A DNA stretch of 53,606 nucleotides, filler included, from Bipalium vagum (lineage: Eukaryota): assembly GCA_037834085.1 (NCBI GenBank). It is 3 parts of 3 records of this genome, joined end to end, with 100 filler letters (N's around TTAATTAATTAA, not from the genome) between each part and the next. Parts side by side here need not be neighbours in the genome. Positions count along the whole stretch, not along the records: positions 1 to 18,373 come from JBBMKC010031071.1; 2 more parts are not named here. One strand, written 5' to 3'. Every line of letters begins with the position of its first letter. Positions within the stretch are counted from its first letter, which is position 1. The translations under genes were made by a program, and so were the position numbers. A model generated the notes under the pieces. It searched no databases. It was not told the DNA's origin and worked only from the letters and a program-made list of their open reading frames with translations. This document shows, piece after piece, positions 1 through 13,022 of this stretch.

Positions 1-1283
1 ACAAATTTAAAAGTCATTGTAATTCGAAGTTGTAAACTAGAATTTATAATAAAGATTTTGTTATTAAAACGTGTTTTCTTAGTTATTCACATAGTGATCG
101 TTTTGTTTTTATTGTGTCAATAGTGTTCCTTACGTTCATCCGTAATTCCTTCTGAGAGTCGTAATCTTGTTAAGGTACTAAAAATCATAACTCAGTAACA
201 GTTTTTAAAAGACCTTAACAGTTGTATCGTGAACATTGAGACATTTTAAATTTAAGACTGTGCGACTACCTTTGTATTTGTGAAAACTGAAATAAAGTTT
301 TATTGGTAGTTGTTTAGATTCAATGATTTATTGACAGTGAAATGGTCAGTAAATTTTTTTACCTAAGTGACAGGAAATGGTTTAGTTTTAAAGCAATAGT
401 AATGTATAAGCATAACAGTTCTATTGATAAAAAATCTTAAGAAGTCTAGACTTTTCTCTGAGCATAAATAAGATGATCAACAGTAGTCATGAACAATATA
501 AAATAACTTAAGATATATTGAGAATATTGTATTCAGAAGTTAAATAAAAAAATCGGTTATAAAGTAAATAAAATTTTAAAAATATTAATAAAAACCTAGT
601 TAATTAAAATTTTTAAAATCTTTTAGTTTTCTAAAGTTGTTGGAACTTCGTAGAATCGGATATGATTCAGTTCTTTTTGTCTTGAAACTTCGATAGTAGA
701 TTTTATCAATTTTTTCAATACGTCTGGAAATAACTTCTTTGTATGGTTTGCACCACAAACTCACTTGTCTCAAAATTTGTGTTAAGCGTTGACCAAAAAG
801 ACTTCATCAATTTAAAACATGATCACAGGTATTTTATATTGGCAAATTTACATATATGTTTGAGAAAAGAAAATCTTTAATTTAAACTTTTAATCGTAAA
901 AAATTTATACATCTATTTTTATCCTTAGAGGTTTAAAACGAGATATGCAATGTAATATATAAGTTTAAATCTGAAAATGAATAAAAATATTTATAATTTG
1001 TAACTTGCTGAATCAATAAATTATTTTCAACTTTTTGTTTGGATTAATTGAACAAAGAAAATTTTAAATTTACGTTCTTTTTAATAATACAAAAGATTTA
1101 ATTAAAATATAAATTTGAAGATTAATAAATTTAAATTAAATAAAGTTATAAATAATGATTTTTAATTTATGTTTCACTCTTCAAAAAAAAGTAAAACTAA
1201 TAAATAGTTGTTTAAATAATCCTTTTTTTTCAATTTGATATTAATTTAGTTTTATTTTAACATTCATTAATTTCTGGCCCAAA

Positions 1284-3107
1284 ATGAAAATTTTTAAGAA
1301 AGATAAAAAATTAAAGAAAAATATTCGTAAACTTGGTGTTATTAAGCAATTAAAACACAAAGAATTATTAGAAATAACGGATTTACCATTTCAAAACGAG
1401 AAGGCATCTTTTAAAAATTTTGAGATAAATGAAATGATTCTAAAAGCTTTAACAGTAATGAATTTTCATTACGCAACAGATATCCAAGCAAAAGTTTTAC
1501 CTGAGGCCTTGAAATTTAAGGATATTTTAGCATCTGAAAAAACTGGCAGTGGAAAAACACTTGCATACCTGATTCCTATTCTTAATTTAATCTTAAAATT
1601 CCGATTCAGGCCATATCATGGTACATGTGCAATTGTGTTAGTACCAACGAAAGAACTGTCTATCCAAGTTTGCTCAGTTTTTAGTCAATTATCACAATTT
1701 ACGAACATAAAGTTTGATGTAATTAACGGTGATGCATTATATAAAGATGAAGAATCGCAGCTTGCTTTGGGTTGTACTGTCTTGTTTGCTACTCCAAATG
1801 TATTATACCACCACATGAAAGCATCATTGAAGAAAAAGAATGAAGAAAACATAGAATATTTCCGTTTTCATAATTTGAAATTTCTTGTTCTTGATGAAGC
1901 TGATAGAATGTTGGAAGAAAACTATCACTCAACAGTCCTTAACATCATAAAATGTTTACCTAAGGAAAGACAAACAATGATTTTATCAGCTACTCTTAAT
2001 TTCGACAGTGATACAGTCAAGAACATTAAAGAATTTGCTAAAGTGGCATTGTCGTCAAGCTTTGTGAGTATTAATATTCCAGAAACAAATATGTTGCAGT
2101 GTGAGAAGATAAAAAATGCAACTGTTGATAATCTCACCGAAGGTTACGTTGTTTTGCCAACTTCTAAAAGAGTTTTGTTTTTGTACAGTCTAATCAAGGA
2201 CACCAAAGACAAAAAGGTAAATGTTAACATTATTTATTATCCCAATATTATCAGCATATTAGAATCATGTTCTTTTTGATTAGAAATTTTTTAATAGTTA
2301 TAAATTCTTATTTAATGCATCATAAAACTGCCTTTGAACATTTTCTCTGTTAAGTTATTTTTTATAATCATAAATATAGAGTTTTAGGATTTTTAAAAAT
2401 AGCAACGTTTACCTTTTGATATTAACTAATATTAATCTTAGTTATTTTAGGTGATGATATTCTTTAGCTGTTCTGAGCAGGTGGAGTATTTTCACAGCTT
2501 TTTGAATTTACTTAACATCAACAACCAGACTTTGTTGATGCTGCATTCTAACCTGACTAATGAAATGAGGACATCGAATCTAATTAGATTTAACAGTTTG
2601 AAGGCCGGATTCCTGTTGTGTACTGACGTTGTTTCGAGAGGCATTGACATTCCAGAAGTCAGCTTAGTTGTTCAATTTGATATTCCTAGTGAATCGACAT
2701 CCTACATTCATCGGGTCGGTCGAACAGCAAGAGGAGGTCTCGATGGTACGGCGATTCTGTTGTTGAGGGCAAATGAATCAGAAATTGTTTTGTCGTATTT
2801 AAAGAAAATATCAATGAGTCTCATTGAATTCGAGACTCCTCGGTTGCATGAGATAAATGTCTGAAAACAATTATTCTTATTATTGTTGTTAACCGAAATA
2901 TTGTTTCAGAATTTCTTCGATCAGCTTCCGAAAAAGTCCCAAATTTATAAGCTTGCTGAGGAGGCTTTTGTTGGCCAGTTAAAGGCATACAAGAGTTCTA
3001 AAATTACAGGATCAATAAAGCATTTGGAACTGAAAGATGAAATTGTCAACTTTTGTCTGGAAAACGTTCCAACGTTGCCAAAAATATTGCAATCAGAATT
3101 TAAATAA
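1284..3107 (+). CDS. DEAD-box RNA helicase, DDX18/Has1-like (divergent); 3 exons 1284-2216, 2451-2858, 2910-3107, about 512 aa
   Basis: Q motif (FHYATDIQ), motif I KTGSGKT, Ia [55 protein letters not shown]...[18 protein letters not shown] resembles the DDX18/Has1 linker. Two phase-0 GT-AG introns join the three ORFs in frame. Confidence 0.88.
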
Positions 3108-4299
3108 ATTTTGCATCTGTAAAATGATATTTATTATAACCAAGAGATTTTTATTCCACGTGTTTTTTAAACATAAAAATTTAGAATTTCTTCAAATTAT
3201 TTTTTCCTTGTGATTTTATGATTTTTTTTAAAAATGTTTAACTATAGATAAAATATTTTTAAAAAGAGATTAATTTTATAATAAATAATTATTAAATTCA
3301 CTTAATATTGAAAACCAAAACAAGGTTGTTTAAATATACTATTGCATGTAATAAAAAATTACTCGAGATTAGAGTTCTTATGGTTAAGATTTTCAATTTG
3401 ATTCATATTTTTCTCAATGTACTTTGCAATGATATGAAGACCGAAAAGAAATATTCTAAAATAATGGTCATTGGTACTATTTTACTTTAGCAACCCCGTG
3501 TTATAAGCAGACCAATCATAACACAGGATTATTTTTAGATATTATTTTATATAGGTCTTTTATGTTAAAGTATAATAGAACCAGTGTTTCTAAATAAAGT
3601 ATTAGTTTATTAAAGCCAGTGTATGTCTGCAGATTGAAGTTTAACAATTAATCTCCTAGGAACGCAATATAAAATTTCTCATTTTTTGTTAATGCTCCTT
3701 TTCATTCAAAGTGTGACTTTTGCGCTATTAAATACCAATGAAAACAGAATTATAAAAGGTTTGAATTGATCTATGATTTTAGAAATATTATAAAAACGAA
3801 ACTATTGTTATCTCCAACATCAATTTTTGTAGTATCTAAAAAATTTCTGTTTTATCCAAGTTATAAAAGTCACGCATTGAATATTAAACTCTGAAATGAT
3901 TTTTTTAATGTATTGACAAATGAAATGTTTCTCGAAACATTTTCGTCATCATTTACAGAGCATAACTATTAGAGTTTTCTTAAGTTTAGTTGGCTGTTTT
4001 CATAAAATGGTCTAATGATGAATTTGTTTAAGACCAACGGAAATAATATTTATTTCAACGGACATTTCTTGCTTTTTTATAATCATTTATAAGATATTCG
4101 CTTTTGTTCTTATGGTTTATATTTGTTCATCAGGAACCCATGTGTATGACAAAATTTCCGGGTCCTAAAATATCAACTTTCTCCCTCTTCCTTGAAGTCT
4201 AAACTTATTTAAACTTGGTTGCGGATTTCATTTTTTTAATTGATTCGTTCTCTCTATACGCTGAAAATGAAATACTTTATTATTCAAATTCCATAAAAT

Positions 4300-5940
4300 G
4301 TATATATTGTCAAATAGATTTAGAACAAGACAAGGTTCCAGATTATTATCATTTAAATGGAAGATATTGTGATATAAATGATTAGTATTAAAAATTTTAT
4401 CATTCCGTTTTCATAATGGAAGTAAATATGATTTCCATTTATTCTTTAAAGATATATTACAAAGAAATTTCCTTATCAAATAAAAAATATAAACAAAATA
4501 CTGATGAAATTTATATTATTTTTAGCTTTAAAAATATTTTATTTATAGATTCATCAAGATTGATTGATCCTTCGAAGGAATTTGAAAAAAGGAAAATTAT
4601 TGAAAGATACATCTAAACATGAAAAATTAAATGAATATAATCTTATACCCAAAAAAGTATTTTATCATTTTATTATAATGTTCAAAGAGGAAACTTTAAT
4701 GAAGTAAATGAATTATTGTTAACAGAAGATATTCCTCTGAAAAATAGTTTTGTAGTTTTAAAACACACTAATTTCAGAAGAAGACTATCAAATATTTTTC
4801 GAAGATTAGAGAAACTTTACGAATCTAAAAGGATATACTTTACATTACATAAAATTAGATATTTTAATTTGAGCTGATTTTATAAAAATATGAGAAGAAT
4901 ATGTAGAGTATCATAATATACAGAGATTTATGTTAATGTTATTCTGCTCTAGAATTAAGTTAAAATTGTGGATTGAAATTTAGTAATGTAAAATTAAAAT
5001 TTTATTAAGGAAAAACATAATTATTTATATGAATAAAACAAGAAATAAGAGGAGAAATATCTAGTGTTCTTAGTTATAGAAAAGTAAAATTAAATTATAA
5101 AATAAATAATTCCAATTTTTATTATTATTATAACCTGAAAATATGATGTTATAAATAATTTTAACAACAATAAGAAAATAATTTTTGATTATCGTTTTAA
5201 GAAGATAACTTAAATATTATGAGGCAGTCCTTTTATTCAAATTGTATAACAATGCTATTACCAACAGGAGAAATGGAAGAAAATAATTTAATTTATAAAA
5301 AGAAAATTGTTATTATCATATAATAATAAATAATTTATATATGTAGTTGATATGGAATAAACTTTAGAATTACATAAAACTAAATATTTTTCATTCTGTG
5401 CAGAAACTAGAAAACTAAAAGAAATTGTGTTATCAAATTATCAAATTATAAATAATATTTCAGAAAAATCAATGTTAACCAAATATGATAAATATAAATA
5501 TATAATATAAGGTTCAGGGTTAGATTAATATTTAGATCAAGGAATGATATTAAAGAAGATTCATACAAAATAGTTTACTAAAATCAACTTGGATGAAATC
5601 ATACACAGAATTTTAATGTAGAAAAAAGATCAGGAGCTAAAAGAAATAAAGATTGGATTTGGAGATTTTTTTTTAAAATTATTACAATTATGTAATTAAT
5701 TTATTTTATGGAAAAACTTTAGAAGACGTTAGAAAAGACAATTTATAGAAATAGTTTTAGATGATAATAAATTTCAATTATGTGCTTCTAAATTAACATG
5801 TGAAATAAGTAAAATATTTCATGAAGATTTAACAGGTTTTCATATGAAAAAATATCTAATAAGATTTTTTGTATTAGAATATTCGAAATTAGTTATGTAT
5901 ACACATATTTACTATGGATTGGAAAAAAATTAAGTTGACT
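4300..5940 (+). mobile_element. Degenerate Polinton/Maverick protein-primed DNA polymerase B remnant
   Basis: Broken frames give FKNILFIDS, YLYVVDME, QGMILKKIH, NLFYGKTLEDVRK (cf. KLxxNSxYGK) and VLEYSKLVMY in pPolB order, with many stops and frameshifts. Boundaries approximate. Confidence 0.7.
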
Positions 5941-7667
5941 TTTAAATATAATTCTTATTATTATTAGTATTGATTTTTTAAAAAAAATTGGAACTTTTCT
6001 TTTTTTTAATTTCTCTGTTATTAAAGCCTGATGAAATATCAAATTGGATCAGTGGTATGAATATTTGATTGGATGGATGATGGTAGATATATCAATCACG
6101 ATATCTCTTTTGTCTCTGGTGATAGCAATCTACAATTGGGGGTTACATTTCAGCACAACTAACTAATTTATTGAAGTTGAATGCAATATTTTATATTTTA
6201 TTGTTTATGAATATATCATCACACAAATGTTTATCGACTTTTGTTTCTGACTCCGTTCTTTAGTTCAATTTTTATAATTACATTATATTTGACGTATATA
6301 TGTTTTGAATTTTAGTAACTTTTAGTTTGAAAAAAATACTTGGACTTAATCTTCACTAATTCATAAGGTTTTTATTATTTATTATTAAATGTATTTAGAT
6401 TTATTTTCACTCCTTTTCCTTCATTCTAGTTTTAATCTTTTTTCACCAAACCAACCACAACCATCCTTGCATTAACCCTTCTATAGTTCTGGTACTTTGA
6501 TTTTCTTATTAAAATTAAATTTTTTCTTTTTAAAAAACTGAACAAAGTCAATTATTTTTGATAACTTTAATTTTGTAGATTCAATTTTTGCACAGGAGTC
6601 ACTCAGACCCGTAGTTTTATTCTTTTTAAAGTCATTTCTCCATCTTCTGCAGACCACTTCTCTTTACTACACTACATATTATATATTATTTATTATATAT
6701 TCTTATACTTTCAAACTTATTGAGAATCAAATAGGTTTCGTATTTCTTATATCATATTTTTTGTTTATTGTTTCACAAACGAAGTAGTGCAGTGAGACAA
6801 TTTGTTTTTCTTTACTGAGGACATTTGAGCCCTAAAGCTGGAGGATTTTTTATAAATAAAAAAAGAAATAATAATAATAAACATAAACTCTAATATCCAT
6901 CAAAGACGATATTCATCGATTATTGTGTATAAATATTTTAAAAAATTACTTTTTATAAATTAAAGGGTTAACTCGGTGATCTTCAAATAAAACAACCTTC
7001 ATAGATTAAATCCTAAACATCTTCATATAGCTTCAAACATTTTGGTTTTTTAGAAAATTAACAATTCTTTTTAACTAAAATAATTTTTGACTACACATAT
7101 CTTCAAGCTATTATCTTCTGCCTATTGATTTATCTCGAAATTATTAATAATAAATAATTCTGCGAGAAGTCTGCTTTGTTTTTCTTGATCATTATAATCT
7201 ATTGGGACATTTTGTTATCCATAAAAGAATTTTTTGTAGGTAGCGACCTTAAATTTGCATTTTTCCTTAGATTGTTGTAGTCCTTTATAATTTATACTTT
7301 AATTTTTTCTGCATATAATAAGTAAGGATAAAATGATTAAAATAATTAAAATAATTTAACAAAAAATTAAAATCATAGAAACTGTATTTTTTGTTTACCG
7401 GCCTCCTTTCATTGGAAATAACAAGAATAATATAAATGAAATGAATAAAATTTTCCTTCAAAACTGAAATAATTAAAATTAAAAATTTTTATTTTTAAAG
7501 AAAATCCTAAATAATTTTTTTATTCATTTAACCTGAACTTTTTTACTAGCTTATTCTTTATAATAACTGCTTTTCACACACATATACACATAATAAAATC
7601 TAAGTTTATACACAAAATTTTATTTTTTTATACAAAAAAATAAGTATACACATAGATCAGGAGGAAT

Positions 7668-10600
7668 TTACATGTATGACCCCCAACCAACATACATTTG
7701 ACATAATAGATTATTATCAACAGCCTGAGCAATCAAATAGTTGACTTGGCCTTCAGGTGACAATGGCAGTTTGTTAACTTTTCCTTTTAGTCTGCTCATC
7801 ATATCTTCCAATTTACTCTCAGTAATCGATTTTATAGTAACTTGTTTGTTAGACTTATTTACTTTGGAATCTGAAATACAACACAAAAATTATAATAATG
7901 AGCTGAAGATGTTTAATTTAAAAATCTGATATCACAACAAAATGTTCACGAATTTTCAAACGGGATATTAAAACTTGATCCGAAAGAAATTTCTAAAGTT
8001 TAATATGAAGTTAAGTTTTCCAAATATTATTTTTAATCAGTACTATGTTACCTTAAATGTTTTGAAGTCTAATTTTACCAATATTTTATAAATTGTATTT
8101 ATTTTTAGAAAGTCATTTAAGGCAAATACGCCCTAATTGACAGCTTAACTCTCTAGTCTTATATGTTAAATTACTCTACAATTTAGTATATAAACCAGAG
8201 TAAATTCATTAATTTTCAGTAAAAAAATTGTCAGAGTTAAAAAAGGTATGTTATTTATTGGTTATTTTTATTTTATGATATTGGTTATTTTTCATCAGGT
8301 ATATACCTAATATAGTCTTAAGGAAGCAAAAATTTTAATCTTTATTGGCCTCATTAATTGGGATTATAAGCATTTTATACTTATATGGAAATGTATTTTA
8401 GAAAAAAATTCGTAATAACACTAATGAAATTTAATGAAAAAAAGATAAAAACGATTAGGAAACCTTACCTTTGACTTCTGTATCATAATACATCGGCTTG
8501 AATACAGCCATTATTGGTTCGATTTCATTTCGCAATAATCTCAAAGTTGCAACACACGAAGAATGAAAGAGACCATTATTATATCCACATGGCCCCAAAG
8601 CATCCTGCATATTTCTTGTCAATCGAAATGGTACGACTTCTGGCCATTGCAAAGACTTCCCGTGATTAAAAAGACAATTGAAATCAATATGTATAATATC
8701 GCCATTGGTGCGATCGAAAAGGATGTTCTCGATATGACGATCACCTAAACCCAGAATATAACCAACCATGCTCATTACAGCCATTGAGCGTGCATATCTT
8801 TGCAGACTTCGAAACCTGATTTTATCATGAGCATATAATCTTTGATATCAAATTATCGGAATCTAACCATGAACTCGGTTCTGGAAATCTTTGGAGAAAC
8901 CATTTATGAAACACTATTGGACTCATCGGCAATATCACTTTTGTAAACTTGTTATATTTTTCTCTAGGAATATTTACGGATAAAAACGAAAGAATATGTA
9001 ACATAAGTACTGTATCACAAATTTAGATTTCACCACGATAAAAAAAATCAATATTTGAAATAAAAAATATAATAATCGAAAAAAAAATCAAATAGTTCTT
9101 AAATTATAATTCCAAGAAATGAATGTCTTATTGGTAATTCTAATTCTTGAAATAAATGAATTTTTAATTATAATGGTTGATAAAAAATTAAAAAACACCA
9201 TAATTTTAGTGAAAAGTTTTTTTAAAAAACAATTTTAAAATGTCTTTATATCATGCATATAAACTGAAATTATATTTAAATTTATTAAATTAAAAATTAT
9301 CCAGAGATCTTTTAATCGATTTCATTTCATAAGTTTATAAAATATTTGAGTATTAAATATTCAAAAATGAATTCTATGATGATGCTTTTTTTTCCATCCC
9401 ATTAATGTACACTAATTTCAAAACTCTTCAAACCATACTGCTTCTTTTATTGTCATACCTATATTTATATATTTATTGCATTGCAAAAGTTGGGGATTGG
9501 TAACTTGAAAAATTTTTGTGAAGTGACTAGAGACATATTGAAGACATTTCAGTTATGGTGTTCGATTGAATAAAGTTTTAGACTTACTTGTAATTTGATT
9601 TGTCCATGGTGTTATTAATTAATTAGATCAACTATTAGCGTGTGGAGCTCATAATCGGATAATTTTAGTTAATATAAATATTAACTTTACATATTTAATA
9701 AAACTTTGAATAATCGATTTTATAAAATTTATCAACAGCTTAATATAATGATATATTCTAAATCAATTTTCATAACTTACATTTAGAATTCCCGCCCCTT
9801 TTACTTTTATTGACATTCTTTTTAGATGAGACAATAATTTAATGCACATTTTTAAAAACTTGTTTTCAATAATAATAATAAAATTATCCTAAAGTAAAAT
9901 CAAGAAAGGTAAAAGAATTGTAAATCATAAAAATACAATATATATAATATAAAATGTCTTTAAAATTAAAATTATATATAACAAATATGAAATTACCTAA
10001 CTGAATCTTCTAGATTAGGATATCGCGTGTATATTTCTTGAATATTCATCGGAGCATTCTGTTGATAATGTAGATGTGCAATTATTTGTCGAAAACCTTC
10101 AGTATTATTGACCCATTCAATAATCCCACACTTTTCGCCCAGAGGAGTAACAGCCTTTTGTTAATTAAAAATAGATTAATTTGAAATTGGTTGATGAAAA
10201 ATGTACTTACATAAGTTCTGATATACAATAAACGATGCCTGGTCTCAGAATTTCTGTGCATTAACCTATTGAACATACCGTTCAACTCCATAATTCTAAA
10301 GTCCCTCCTAAGGTCATCCTGGAAAACAATTTATTCAAGAAAAAACAAAGAATATTAATGACATTACTTTAGGCTTAGCAAGAATTATATATTTTTTCCC
10401 ATCAGTTCCCAACCAAATCATCTTTTTTGGCTTAGTTAATGATGGAAGAATATAGACGGTATCTTCTATATTTGCAATGCAGACTATTTTTGATGGAAAT
10501 GGTGAAAAAGACTTTTCAAATGTTGACGGAGTTGGCAGAGTTCCGAAAAGCTGATGATGTAATGGTATCATAATAGAGGAGTAATCACTTAATTTTATAT

Positions 10601-12959
10601 AAAATCGTTTTTTTCCCTTTTTTTTTCAAAATTACTTTTGATGGAGCAATTTAATATTCGATCTTTCACATTTTCTTAAATCTATTGTATGAGACGCCAT
10701 CAATTGATTTAATTCACTGATTTCTCGGAGATTATTACTTAAATTTATCATTTTCTAAATGGAAAAATGTAAATAAAATCAATAATACAAGAAATTTCTC
10801 CGTATTCTAATGTAAAAGATAAGAGTTCAATTTAACATATTTAAGTAATTTAAATTAATTCTTATAATTAATTAATAAAATAACAAGAAAAGGTTAAGAA
10901 TTATAACTGAGTATCATTTTAGGGGAAATCTACCTGAAATTGCAAAAAACAATAACATGAAATCCATGAAACTGATTTCAACTGATGCCGACTTATAGGT
11001 GTTGGAAGAAAAATAAAGTCAAAAGAACTATATGAAGTTCTTTATTAAAGAGTCGTTGATGATAGATCGCAATGAAAAAATCACAATAAACTGAATAATA
11101 AAATGAATAAAAGATTAATCTTTTGATTTGTGTAACAACTCAGATTCTAAAGTATCATATGATTGGTTAAAACAGGTACTTGGATTTTAATGTGTTAGCA
11201 CCGAGAAAAGTAAATACAATTTCACAGAAATCTCATATTTATTAATCACATTAAAAGTAGAATCTCTGAAAATGGAGCTCAAACTGAAAAAATCCATAAG
11301 ATGGATGAAACAAGAATATCTATTGAGGAACATGAATGTTTTATTTGTTTTTAAAATTTTCTCACTTAAGTTTTAAGAATTTCATTCAAAATTTCCCATT
11401 TACGAATATAAAAATATTCTCAAATAATAAGATAATTGTAAATAAAAGTAATATTAAGAACCTACATATATAAGTTCTGCTATGTCACTCCTTTTAGATC
11501 TGAAAATTAAAGAAAATAATAATTTTAGATAACATTCTGAAACCATTTCATAAAAAATAAAAACAGATAAATATTAATTTAATTCAAATAAATTTGGAAA
11601 ATATTATATCACCTGACTCTTCCGATTATCCTATCAAATTTATCTCGACGAACTTTGTAAGTTGACTATAAGTAATATGGTTTTAAATTCATTGGAAAAT
11701 TAAGAAATACCCCTTCTAAGCTCATTAAAGACCACCCTGTTTGTTGAGGAAATGATAAAAAGATTTTCACAACCAAATCATCTAATAAGTCGATGATCTC
11801 TTTGCAATTCTCGTGACATAATCTCGATAGAATTTGTGAGAGAGCAATATAAAACTGAAATTTTGGTATCTCATTGATATTTCTTTGCATGATCTACAAG
11901 CAATCGTATCAAAAAAGTACAAAAAATATTTGACAAAAATATACTAAGTTAAAGGATCCACCTCCAATTGATTTGTTAGTCTTGTCGAGCCATAAAGAAA
12001 GGAGACGAGGCATGGACTGATAGACAAATTTACAACCATACATAAGCGCGTGACCATATTCACGAAGTGCACCTTCCAAAGTATCTCTATAAAAAGAAAA
12101 CTGATAATAACAGAAGGCATTAAATAAAACTGATGAAGTTAATTATATATATTAAATATTAAATAATTATGTAAAAAATTAATTCAAATTGTCGTAAATT
12201 AAATTGAGTAAAATCGATACCAACTGGAATAAAGTAGCCAATTCAATAAAAACAGTATTTTGATGTTTTTATTGTCATTGAAAGTTTTTTTTCCTCAATG
12301 AAACCGAGAACAGATAATATTTTTCATAATATATTATTTATTTAAAAATGTTTATTGTTGAGAGTAAAATTTGAGTATGCCTTTCACGTTAATTGTCGGT
12401 TCTACTTTGTATAATAAACCAGAAGATTCGTGTTACCAAATAAAAATGAAGAATAGAGAATTTCCATTTACAAAATTCTGTTCATTTTGCTCAATATATT
12501 TTATTTTCCATAGACTGAATTAGAATTTCAAATTTTTGCGTGTAATCAGAACTGGGGTATCTTATAAAATAATTTAAAAATTAAAAATATAAATAATATG
12601 GATCAAGATGATAATAGTGTTATTTAAATGAAGCAATATTTTATATTTTTATGAAGCAACTTAATTTTTATTTAAAGATTTTTTATAGAAATAATTATGG
12701 ATAAGGAATAGAAAAGAATCTCGATTATTACTTATTTGCAATTACATTAATAAATAAACGTACCCATCATAATCATCAGTCAATTTCATTGCCTCATCAA
12801 GAAAATTAGCCAATCGAAAATGTGCAACTTCCGATTTGAACTGGAAATCTTTAAAATCTTCGTAAAGTTTCTTTATGGTGACAAAGTCGTGTCGACAAGT
12901 GATGTCACTGAGATAAGCTCGCAACAAAAGCAACTAATATAACATTTATAATAACTGTC

Positions 12960-13022
<63 letters not shown>

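Noticed and set aside
6020-6140. CTGATGA hammerhead core, or a Mutator/capsid-like peptide on the minus strand
   Set aside because: No stem II/GAAA geometry could be built, and the peptide similarities are too weak to assign.
6472-6971. Possible piggyBac element bounded by TTAACCCTT and AAGGGTTAA
   Set aside because: The inverted match does not extend beyond about 5 nt past TTAA.
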